Assembly (NCBI GenBank): GCA_902771095.1
Contig: CACXVH010000002.1
Coordinates: 1-51,290, forward strand
Direction: 5' to 3'
DNA: 51,290 nucleotides
From: an uncultured Pseudomonadota bacterium
GTDB lineage: Bacteria > Pseudomonadota > Alphaproteobacteria > Rs-D84
The notes under the pieces were generated by a model, which saw only the letters and a program-made list of their open reading frames with translations, had not been told where the DNA came from and did not search any database. Below are positions 10,366 to 18,603 of this stretch, one piece after another. Each line of letters begins with the position of its first letter. The stretch's first letter is position 1. Made by a program: the position numbers and the translations under genes.

Positions 10366-10779
10366 TTATTTTATCCCATTAAGTTCTTTCCGCGCAGCTT
10401 TCTGTTTTGCACCTTTCAAGTATTTTTTTATATATTTGTTTATTTTATTTGTATAAGACTCTATACAATAACGATATTTATAAACATTTTCTATTTCATT
10501 TCCAACAAGGATTGTATATTCCTTGTCTGTATTTTCAAAAATTATATTCACTTTCTGTTCACCACAATATATATTTGTCATAAAACTATTATCTGTATGA
10601 CTTTCAATATTCCATTTGCGTTTTAATAAAGCCGAATAAATAGCACCATGAACTTGCTGTTCTGTTATGCAACAACTCACTTCTTCTGTTCTAATTGTCG
10701 GTACCCAATTTACATCCTGTTCTCTGAACAAGGAACATCCACTTAAAACCACTAAAAAAACAAACAATAAATATTTCAT
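10366..10779 (-). CDS. Hypothetical lipoprotein
   Basis: Probable start MKYLLFVFLVVLSGC with lipobox. Confidence 0.7.
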   Translation of the reverse strand: MKYLLFVFLVVLSGCSLFREQDVNWVPTIRTEEVSCCITEQQVHGAIYSALLKRKWNIESHTDNSFMTNIYCGEQKVNIIFENTDKEYTILVGNEIENVYKYRYCIESYTNKINKYIKKYLKGAKQKAARKELNGIK

Positions 10780-10823
10780 GTCAAAATCTCTTGCAACAAC
10801 ATTATAAAAGATTCTATTAAAAA

Positions 10824-10919
10824 TCACAACCATTTTTCTTTAAACGCTTTTACCTGTTGCATTAAATCAACGAACTGCTGTTTGTTTTCTGCTCGATTAA
10901 TGCAAGCATACTCCCACCA
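10824..10919 (-). pseudogene. Start-less 31-codon tail (WWEYACINRAENKQQFVDLMQQVKAFKEKWL), possible recombinase C-terminal remnant
   Basis: Begins at TGG antisense to the repeated CCA; homologous to 11992-12102. Confidence 0.45.
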
Positions 10920-10930
10920 AAATAAAAATC

Positions 10931-10957
10931 ACACCCTTGCGGGGTGTTTTTTATTTT
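10931..10957. terminator. Terminator-like hairpin after the tRNA-Tyr end repeat
   Basis: ACACCC-TTGCG-GGGTGT + T run. Confidence 0.6.
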
Positions 10958-11013
10958 GTGGTCGTGGTTAAATTTATGTGTTACAATTATTTTGTAATCA
11001 AAAAGGATTTGTT

Positions 11014-11265
11014 ATGTCGCGGATTTGTCAGAGTTGTGCCATGCCTATGGACGATTCACAATTGTTTGGAACAAATAAAGATGGTTCCAGAAATTCTGAT
11101 TATTGTATGTATTGTTATAAAAATGGTGAATTTGTCGATAATGTGTCGATGGAAAAATATATTGATATGATGATACCTTTTTCGGCGCAGGCAAATATGA
11201 CACCGGACCAGATGCGTAAATATTGTGAAGAAGTTTTTCCAACGCTGAAACGATGGAAAAAATAA
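11014..11265 (+). CDS. Putative zinc-ribbon domain protein
   Basis: CQSCAMPM...DGS.NSDYCMYCY..GEF...PTLKRWK; AAGGA before ATG 11014. Confidence 0.85.
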   Translation: MSRICQSCAMPMDDSQLFGTNKDGSRNSDYCMYCYKNGEFVDNVSMEKYIDMMIPFSAQANMTPDQMRKYCEEVFPTLKRWKK

Positions 11266-11289
11266 TGGTGCAACAAAAACTTCATTGTA

Positions 11290-11937
11290 TCAAAGAATAT
11301 TATTTTTTAACGCCAATTCAACCAAAGTTTTACCTTTATACAGAAAATCTGTCGCACCATCTGGCAACCCTTTTACTTCATTGTTTGGATTTATTTTATT
11401 ACGATAATCTTTAGCTGCTTTTGAAATCGTATTTGTTGTCCCATCTGGCATAGCCACGATACGAGAATCATTATAAGTTTTTACTGTATATTTAGGATTA
11501 CTAACAAATGTTAATATTGTACCCTTTGGCAATCCAAGCTTTTTAAACGTAATTTTTGAACGCTGTTTTCTTACTTTTTGTATTACTTTTTTATCTTTAG
11601 ATAACATTATATTATCTATTGTGATTTCTTCTGCATCACCGCTAAGAGTGTATGTTCGTAGCAGACAAATCGCTTCTTCTACACTTAATTTAAAGAATTC
11701 ACGATGAGAATTATGGCGAAGCTTACCAAGAGCATTGTGAATCATGGGTTCTATCTTATTATAATTATTAACACAAATTGCGAATTTTGCTTCGAATGGT
11801 TGTGGCATGTTTTCGCCATGTGATAATTCTTTGCGACGCTTTTCAACATCTTTTGATGTACTGCCTTTTGTAACACCTATTTTTACCAAGTCCGGAAATA
11901 ATTCATTCCACATTACATATATAATTCCACGTGTCAT
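11290..11937 (-). CDS. GIY-YIG/T5orf172-family nuclease with C-terminal extension
   Basis: GIIYV...VKIGVT...R.KELS...P.PFE...E..IH..L...REFF pattern. Confidence 0.75.
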   Translation of the reverse strand: MTRGIIYVMWNELFPDLVKIGVTKGSTSKDVEKRRKELSHGENMPQPFEAKFAICVNNYNKIEPMIHNALGKLRHNSHREFFKLSVEEAICLLRTYTLSGDAEEITIDNIMLSKDKKVIQKVRKQRSKITFKKLGLPKGTILTFVSNPKYTVKTYNDSRIVAMPDGTTNTISKAAKDYRNKINPNNEVKGLPDGATDFLYKGKTLVELALKNNIL

Positions 11938-11991
11938 AACAATTCCTTTGTTGTATTACACATATTATTTTATCACAATTTAGGTAAACAT

Positions 11992-12102
11992 TCAAATTTC
12001 ACCCTTAGGTGAAATTGGGCATTTTTCTTTAAACTCTTTTACCCCAAACATTAAATCGGTAAACTCTTGCCTATTTTCTGCTAAGATAGTGCAAGCAGTC
12101 CC
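11992..12102 (-). pseudogene. Degenerate second copy of the orphan coding tail
   Basis: ACTILAENRQEFTDLMFGVKEFKEK versus ACINRAENKQQFVDLMQQVKAFKEK: 16/25 identical. Confidence 0.45.
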
Positions 12103-12109
12103 ATAACAA

Positions 12110-12134
12110 AAAACGCACCAATTTGGTGCGTTTT
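12110..12134. terminator. Bidirectional terminator-like hairpin
   Basis: AAAACGCACCA-ATT-TGGTGCGTTTT. Confidence 0.7.
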
Positions 12135-12154
12135 AATTTTTATAGCACTAGTGA

Positions 12155-12268
12155 TTAGAATATGCGGCCAAATAAACCACCATCCAAAGCCAATGTTAAC
12201 AATATCCACCACCAAGAACATTTAAGAACATTAACCAATTTCAATATAATAAATATCAATGTAAGCAT
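12155..12268 (-). CDS. Small 37-aa membrane protein (MLTLIFIILKLVNVLKCSWWWILLTLALDGGLFGRIF)
   Basis: Below ORF-track cutoff; AAGGAG RBS 6 nt upstream; hydrophobic, LKL...SWWW motif. Confidence 0.7.
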   Translation of the reverse strand: MLTLIFIILKLVNVLKCSWWWILLTLALDGGLFGRIF

Positions 12269-12331
12269 TTTTGACTCCTTTTGTTTGACACAATATGATT
12301 ATATTCTATTTTCACATTTTTTGCAACAATT

Positions 12332-12733
12332 CTATTTTATTTTTTGGTGTCCGTGATGTTGACTGGTTGGACGAGATTCTGTCCATCGTTTAATCAATTC
12401 TTCTTTGTTATCAGACCACATTTTTTTGATGTGTTTCATTATTTTTTGTATCTGCGATGGTATTCCATTTTTTGCTTCTGCCTTCATTGGTTCGCAATCA
12501 ACAATTTTAAAGCGACAAGTGACATTTTGATAAGTCACTTTGAAATGGGGTTCTTCGGTTTCATTTGGATAAATTTCAATTTTGACTTTGACACGCGGAT
12601 CTTGCTTTACTGCAAGCACCATGCCAAAACCGCGTTTAGAATTTGAAAACTTTACTTGGCGCGCAGGCAATACACCATCACCAACCAATAAATCATCTAA
12701 ACATTCTGATAACCGTTTTTCAAAATATACCAT
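12332..12733 (-). CDS. DUF4160-like protein
   Basis: IY.NE..EPHF.V.Y...W..N.EEL..RW pattern. Confidence 0.55.
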   Translation of the reverse strand: MVYFEKRLSECLDDLLVGDGVLPARQVKFSNSKRGFGMVLAVKQDPRVKVKIEIYPNETEEPHFKVTYQNVTCRFKIVDCEPMKAEAKNGIPSQIQKIMKHIKKMWSDNKEELIKRWTESRPTSQHHGHQKIK

Positions 12734-12742
12734 AAACGAACC

Positions 12743-13009
12743 CTACTTCACTGGCGGGAAACAATTATCACCAATTTCTGGGCAACATACCATCCATCCA
12801 TCCCCGGCATCGGTATATGTTTCCCCGGCACAACAACCGTTTTTATCTGGGCTTTCGCCATTTGGACATGTTGCAAAAAATCCGTTCCAGTTTGAAATAG
12901 TATAATGGGCGGCATAACCAATTATTCCACCAGCAAAAAAAGCGATTACAACCCATAACCATAATCTAGATTTTTTATTTGTTGTTTGTTTAGCTACAAC
13001 TTTTTTCAT
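12743..13009 (-). CDS. Small single-TM protein with Cys-rich C-terminus
   Basis: 88 aa, N-terminal TM, six Cys. Confidence 0.7.
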   Translation of the reverse strand: MKKVVAKQTTNKKSRLWLWVVIAFFAGGIIGYAAHYTISNWNGFFATCPNGESPDKNGCCAGETYTDAGDGWMVCCPEIGDNCFPPVK

Positions 13010-13020
13010 TTTGTTTCCCC

Positions 13021-13710
13021 CTATTCTTCTATGATTTTTTCAAGCTCTATTATAAAATCAATTGCAGGACTGGTCAACTTTTTTGCTTTTTCAATCATCC
13101 GTTCCGCTTCCTTTTGCATTTGAAGACGTTTATAAGTTTCAACAATTTCAATTGTATCATCAACATCTTCTAAATCATCATCATTCAATGCGCGCGCGAT
13201 ATCAAGTTCTTGTGCAGCCAAATCTTTATATTTTTTTGAATTTTCTGGACATCCGCGTTCGGACAAATTCGCATAAATTTTTGCATTATCAATATGTGCT
13301 TCTGCATCTGGATTTCCATCATGATATAAACGATTCGTCAATAACATTTCAATTTTACCACATGTAGTATCTGGTAATTTTTTATCCTGCATTTTTTGTT
13401 GCGATTGTGGTTTTGGCTGTTCAAATTCACGATTCAAACAATTTTCAGAATAAACTTTGTTCAATTGTTCAATCAAAGCCGAATTATTATTATATGCAGC
13501 ATCAATAATTCTGGTCGCGATTTCACGACATTGACTTTGTGACATCGTTGAACGATTTACATGTTCAGAACCATTTATAATGTAACCAAAGACAACACCC
13601 GTTAAAAACAGCGCAACCATACCAATTATACCGTATACACGATTTTTATTTGATTCTGTATTTTTTATTTCTTTTTTTGTTTCTATATTTTTAACAATTT
13701 TCTTTTTCAC
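13021..13710 (-). CDS. Hypothetical membrane-anchored protein
   Basis: 229 aa, N-terminal TM, GGAGAG RBS. Confidence 0.75.
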   Translation of the reverse strand: MKKKIVKNIETKKEIKNTESNKNRVYGIIGMVALFLTGVVFGYIINGSEHVNRSTMSQSQCREIATRIIDAAYNNNSALIEQLNKVYSENCLNREFEQPKPQSQQKMQDKKLPDTTCGKIEMLLTNRLYHDGNPDAEAHIDNAKIYANLSERGCPENSKKYKDLAAQELDIARALNDDDLEDVDDTIEIVETYKRLQMQKEAERMIEKAKKLTSPAIDFIIELEKIIEE

Positions 13711-13728
13711 ATCTCTCTCCTTTATTAA

Positions 13729-14439
13729 CTATTTAACGATACCATTTTTAATTGTAATTATTCTATCTGCTTTTTTTGCTAGGTCCATATCATGTGTCAC
13801 AAACAACATAGTCATCTTGTTTTTGCGCACAAGATTAAGCAACAAATCAAAAACCATAGCCGCATGTTGTGGATCCAAACTTCCCGTTGGCTCATCCGCC
13901 AATAAAATCTCTGGATTATTTGCAATCGCACGTGCAATTGCAACGCGTTGTTGTTCGCCACCAGACATTTCAGATGGAAAATGATTGCTGCGATGTGCAA
14001 CATTTGCCGCCTGTAATAACTTCATAGCGCGCGAACACGCAACATCTTCTTTAACCCCGTTCGCCATCATCGGTAAAACTACATTTTCAAGTGCAGTAAA
14101 ATCAGACAACAAATTATGCTTTTGATAAACAAAACCTATTTTTTTTCGGCGCAATAATGTCCGTGTTTCTTCATTTATTTTATCAGTTGGTGCACCGTTT
14201 ATAAAAATATCCCCACTGGTTGGTTTATCAAGCAACCCCACACATTGCAATAATGTGGTTTTACCAGAACCACTCTGCCCGACAAGTGCAACAATTTCAC
14301 CACGATACAAATTAAAACCACCACCATGTAAGACCTTTAACGGTTGACCTGCCTCTATGAAAGTTTTTTTAATATCGCGCACAGACATTACTATGTCTTT
14401 TCTGGATATTTTTGATAAAGAATTTAATATACTCGCCAT
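13729..14439 (-). CDS. lolD: Lipoprotein-releasing ABC transporter ATPase
   Basis: GQSGSGKT, MSGGEQQRVAIARA, LADEPTG; adjacent to lolC/E. Confidence 0.9.
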   Translation of the reverse strand: MASILNSLSKISRKDIVMSVRDIKKTFIEAGQPLKVLHGGGFNLYRGEIVALVGQSGSGKTTLLQCVGLLDKPTSGDIFINGAPTDKINEETRTLLRRKKIGFVYQKHNLLSDFTALENVVLPMMANGVKEDVACSRAMKLLQAANVAHRSNHFPSEMSGGEQQRVAIARAIANNPEILLADEPTGSLDPQHAAMVFDLLLNLVRKNKMTMLFVTHDMDLAKKADRIITIKNGIVK

Positions 14440-14448
14440 TATTTACAC

Positions 14449-15705
14449 CTATTCATTTCTCAAAACCTCTACTGGGTCTGTGTTTGCCGCTTTCCATGCA
14501 GGATAAAGTGTTGCCAAAAATGCCAACGCTATCGCAATAACCGCAATACCAATTACTGTTGATGGAACAACTTTTGATGGCAATTCAGACAAAGAATAAA
14601 GTTCTGCCGGGAACAAATCGTGTCCCGTCACAAACTGGAAAAATTTTCTTATTGGTTCGATATATATCGCGATTATAACACCCAACAAAGTCCCAAATGT
14701 TGCACCAATAATACCAATTGATGTTCCAGACAAAATAAATATTTTCATCATAGATTTGCGCGATACACCAAAAGTTCTAAGCACTGCAATATCTTTATTT
14801 TTATCTTTGACCAGCATAACCAATGATGAAATAATATTAAACGCAGCAACAATAACTATTAACATCAATATCAAAAACATAACACTGGATTCAACTTGAA
14901 GTGCGCCAACAAAACCACGGTTTAAATCACGCCAATCTCGCACAATAAAACCTTCGGGTAATAATGTAGTTAATGCCTTTACCACCTTTTCGCTTTCTTC
15001 GGCATCTGTTAAAAACAAATCGATATGCGTGACAGAATTTTCAATATTCAAATATTTTTGTGCAGTTTCTAATGGCATAAATATATAACCACTATCATAT
15101 TCATACATACCCATAAAGAACGATGAAACAACAGGATACGCCATAATACGCGGCATAGTTCCAAATGGTGTTGCCGTCCCACCATTGGCAGAAATCAATG
15201 ATACTTTGTCACCCGCAGTCACACGTAAATTGCGTGACAAAGTTGACCCGATAACCAATTCACCATCATTAACTTTGTCTAAACTTTTACCATATATTCG
15301 TGTTCCAGTTGTTTTTTTAGATATCAAATCAGGCATTCGAATTCCGCGCACCATCGCACCAGAATTATTTCCGTTGGCAGACGCCATAATTTGTCCCTCT
15401 GCAATTGGGACCATAGATACAACATATTTTTCAACGACTTTATTTTGGCGCATTTTATCCATTAAAAAGTCATAATCAGAAATAGTTCCGTTTTGATGAT
15501 AAACAACAACATGCCCGTTCATACCAATAATACGCGAAAGCAGTGTATCATGAAATCCGCCCATAACCGACATCACAACTATTAATGTTGCCACACCCAA
15601 AGTAATACCAATCAAAGACACCCACGAAATCACCGAACCAAAACCGCGTTTTTTTGCACGCAAATATCGATAAGCAATTTTCTTTTCTAAGTTTGAAAAC
15701 AACAT
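14449..15705 (-). CDS. lolE: Lipoprotein-releasing ABC permease LolC/E family
   Basis: IAYRYLR, SVMGGF, AAFNIISSLVMLVKDK, ATLYPA..AA..DPVEVLR. Confidence 0.9.
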   Translation of the reverse strand: MLFSNLEKKIAYRYLRAKKRGFGSVISWVSLIGITLGVATLIVVMSVMGGFHDTLLSRIIGMNGHVVVYHQNGTISDYDFLMDKMRQNKVVEKYVVSMVPIAEGQIMASANGNNSGAMVRGIRMPDLISKKTTGTRIYGKSLDKVNDGELVIGSTLSRNLRVTAGDKVSLISANGGTATPFGTMPRIMAYPVVSSFFMGMYEYDSGYIFMPLETAQKYLNIENSVTHIDLFLTDAEESEKVVKALTTLLPEGFIVRDWRDLNRGFVGALQVESSVMFLILMLIVIVAAFNIISSLVMLVKDKNKDIAVLRTFGVSRKSMMKIFILSGTSIGIIGATFGTLLGVIIAIYIEPIRKFFQFVTGHDLFPAELYSLSELPSKVVPSTVIGIAVIAIALAFLATLYPAWKAANTDPVEVLRNE

Positions 15706-15715
15706 ATTTTACCCT

Positions 15716-17050
15716 TTACTGATTCAAAAAGTCCCGCAATTCATCGCCAGATAACTGCTTCGTTTTTTGTGTTTGCGTTGCGTCTACAATTGAAATAAGA
15801 CGCGGCGACATAAACACAACCAGTTCAGCAAATGGCGATATCAAAGTTTCTGGTGTAGTCACAAAAGAATGTGTTGGGATACCAATAATTACATAATTAT
15901 CACCTACACTGGATGGAATCGTGAACGAAGATAATTCCCCGTTACTTGTCGATAGAACTATTTTAGCATCAATTTTCTTAGAATCGCCAAAATTCCCATA
16001 GGTCCCAGTTGCACCAATAATTAAGTCAGTTTCCAATCTGTCTTCTTTACCACATTGACCGATATCAAATCTGGTCTGCCAACCATTAGGCACAGCAAAA
16101 GTTCCCTGGGAAATCAAGACCATGCTGGCTTGGCTTGATATAAATTCTTGTAATGTCTTTGTGTTTATTTCTGGACTAACGACCAGCGCACGTCCAACCA
16201 CACCTGGGATAGACATATGTATATTATTTTCCCCAAACGCAGGCAACATATTCATCCAAATAATCGGATTGTCTGTTTTTGGATAGACGCGATAAACATC
16301 AACATCCCACGCCAACACATATTTTTTAGACGCGACATCCGCTATAATCTTAGACACTTCGCGTTCGGTCTGATAATCACCTTCGAAAACGACAGTTTTA
16401 TCAGTCCAATTTATCAACAAATTATGGATTCCTGCCCCACGCATAGCATCAATCATAGCCATTATCATTGTTTCGTTTTCCGGCATTTTTATCAGCCATT
16501 TTCCATTTGCTTTAAGATGAATTTCACCGAATTCACCATCATAAGTGTAATATACATGCCCTATTTTTGTTATCAATTCCACAGCATCAGACAAAGAACT
16601 TGTGGAAATAGAACCAGATATTTTTTCCAATGCAACCTGGTCTTCGACAATACTTATATCTGTATCAACCAACAATTTTTCCAAAGTTTCTTTAACCGGC
16701 ATCTTTTTAAAACTGTAATCAGATACCTTTAAATCAGGTAATTTATCACCGGTATTAAGACGGATTATTTCTATTTTTTCTTCTGGAATAACAGAAACAA
16801 TACTTTGATTATCCCAATTCACCAAACATCTTTTAGGTAAATCAAGCGCGAAATGTTGCGCAGTATCCGTAGTCAATGCCGCTTTTTTCGGAAAAATCGG
16901 AACAGAGTTTTCATCAATCACAACATTTTCTACAACATTTATTGTGTCATAAAGTTCATCTTCAGTATATTGGCGTTTTGCACAACCAGTCAAAATCAGA
17001 CCAGCGCACAAAAATATAAATGCTAAGTTTTTTATTTTGCTATATACCAT
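15716..17050 (-). CDS. Lipoprotein, possibly a divergent PilN/BfpB-like secretin
   Basis: Lipobox LTGC; N0/N3-like repeats and a terminal LVVFMSPRL strand; family call is inference. Confidence 0.4.
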   Translation of the reverse strand: MVYSKIKNLAFIFLCAGLILTGCAKRQYTEDELYDTINVVENVVIDENSVPIFPKKAALTTDTAQHFALDLPKRCLVNWDNQSIVSVIPEEKIEIIRLNTGDKLPDLKVSDYSFKKMPVKETLEKLLVDTDISIVEDQVALEKISGSISTSSLSDAVELITKIGHVYYTYDGEFGEIHLKANGKWLIKMPENETMIMAMIDAMRGAGIHNLLINWTDKTVVFEGDYQTEREVSKIIADVASKKYVLAWDVDVYRVYPKTDNPIIWMNMLPAFGENNIHMSIPGVVGRALVVSPEINTKTLQEFISSQASMVLISQGTFAVPNGWQTRFDIGQCGKEDRLETDLIIGATGTYGNFGDSKKIDAKIVLSTSNGELSSFTIPSSVGDNYVIIGIPTHSFVTTPETLISPFAELVVFMSPRLISIVDATQTQKTKQLSGDELRDFLNQ

Positions 17051-17089
17051 ATTGAAGTCCTTTTTTTACCTTTTGTTTTTATGATACTA

Positions 17090-17413
17090 CTATACATTCA
17101 TAATTTTTTCAAACTCTTCCAGTGTCATTTCATGTATAGGTTTCTGATTTGGTGTCACTAAATTTTTAACCTTTTCGAACTGTTTTTCAAACAAATCCAT
17201 CACTGATGCGACATCAGGTTCTATTTTTGCCCCTGCTTTTTTTAACCTGTTTCCATATTCTACTATATATTCCAAGACATCTGCAGCAAAAAAACGTCCC
17301 ACGTAATTTTCCAACGCAATGCCGCCTTTTTCAACACAAACAGCAGATAAAACCTTTGCCATTTCATTATAAAAGTTAGCCAATTTGATATAATTTTGAA
17401 TTGATATAGCCAT
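17090..17413 (-). CDS. Hypothetical protein
   Basis: ORF with probable start MAISIQ. Confidence 0.65.
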   Translation of the reverse strand: MAISIQNYIKLANFYNEMAKVLSAVCVEKGGIALENYVGRFFAADVLEYIVEYGNRLKKAGAKIEPDVASVMDLFEKQFEKVKNLVTPNQKPIHEMTLEEFEKIMNV

Positions 17414-17486
17414 TATTTTTTCCCATCCTTTTTTTACATTATAAAAACTATTGCCACACAAACGCAATTAAATTATAATATAAAAT

Positions 17487-17867
17487 ATGAAAATGAAATA
17501 TTTATTTTTATTATTAGTGTTAACTGCTTGTGCATCTGCCAATCGTGGCTCGATAGATGATGCTACTATTTTGAATTGGGAAAACGATGCTGTAACGACT
17601 GAACAATTTGTTCGCGACCACAAATCATGCCTTGGCATAAAAGACAATAGTTATACCCCCCGTTCAAGAATAGCGAAACTGTTATCCCCGAACCAAAGTG
17701 CCCTAATGCCTGACTGGTATGGTCTTTGGGTCACATTCCAATCTAATGAATACAAAGATGTTGGTCAACGGGCATTGCTTTCTGTGCCGCGAAATCGGGC
17801 TTCAAAAACTGTCGGATATTATCGTAAGTGTATGTTAAGACGCGGTTATTTACTGCGCGCCCAATAA
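17487..17867 (+). CDS. Hypothetical lipoprotein
   Basis: Lipobox LTAC; TTGCCA-17-TATAAT upstream. Confidence 0.75.
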   Translation: MKMKYLFLLLVLTACASANRGSIDDATILNWENDAVTTEQFVRDHKSCLGIKDNSYTPRSRIAKLLSPNQSALMPDWYGLWVTFQSNEYKDVGQRALLSVPRNRASKTVGYYRKCMLRRGYLLRAQ

Positions 17868-17916
17868 AAAAATTGTCTTGTTGGATATTTATTAAAAATG
17901 TGATATAATAAAAGAC

Positions 17917-18603
17917 ATGAAAAAATCCATCTGGTTTTGGTTATGTTTTGTGTTGTCAATTATATTGGCAATCTATTTTGCGGTTCGCATCATAACCAGT
18001 CAAATGGGACGCGGACCTGTATCGACTGTCCAAAGCATTGAAACCTATGGTGCAAATGCCAAAGATGACGAAATTATAAAAATGTCTTTGGGTATTTCAC
18101 CTGGGACCAGTTTACGCGCTGTGGATTTACATCAACTTAATTATCGCGTTTCTAATATACCCGGGGTAAAAAATTCTGCGGTTCGTCTTTTACCAAATGG
18201 GAAAATTATTGTAAAAATCCAAAAGCACAAGGTTATTGCGACTTGGACAGACGGCGCTTATTATTATCCGTTGTCCGCTGACGGCACAAAAATAAACACC
18301 CCATCCACAGAACGCAATGACAATTCTATTGTATTCCAGGGTGATTTACCTGACAATTTATCTGATATAATATCAAGTGTATCTTCAATATCAAAATATA
18401 TTGACTATGTGAATATGGTAGAATCAAGACGATGGAATATACACACGAAAAACGGAACGACTATATATTTACCAGAAAAAGACCCTGAAACAGCGATTAA
18501 TAAAATCAAAGTATTAAATCAGACACATAAATTGTTGTCCAGAAAATTGGATATTATTGATATGCGTGATAGTGCAAGAATTCTGGTCAAAGAACAAAAA
18601 TGA
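17917..18603 (+). CDS. ftsQ: Cell division protein FtsQ
   Basis: TM + POTRA (V.RLLP.KI.V.I), RRWNI, IDMRD; overlaps the ftsA start. Confidence 0.85.
   Translation: MKKSIWFWLCFVLSIILAIYFAVRIITSQMGRGPVSTVQSIETYGANAKDDEIIKMSLGISPGTSLRAVDLHQLNYRVSNIPGVKNSAVRLLPNGKIIVKIQKHKVIATWTDGAYYYPLSADGTKINTPSTERNDNSIVFQGDLPDNLSDIISSVSSISKYIDYVNMVESRRWNIHTKNGTTIYLPEKDPETAINKIKVLNQTHKLLSRKLDIIDMRDSARILVKEQK

Larger units (their letters stand above)
9677..10922. mobile_element. Putative islet at tRNA-Tyr 3' end, no integrase
   Basis: CTCCCACCAAAA direct repeat at 9677-9688 and 10911-10922. Confidence 0.6.

Noticed and set aside
9850-12134. Classical integron attC array
   Set aside because: No RYYYAAC/GTTRRRY boxes recognised and no intI
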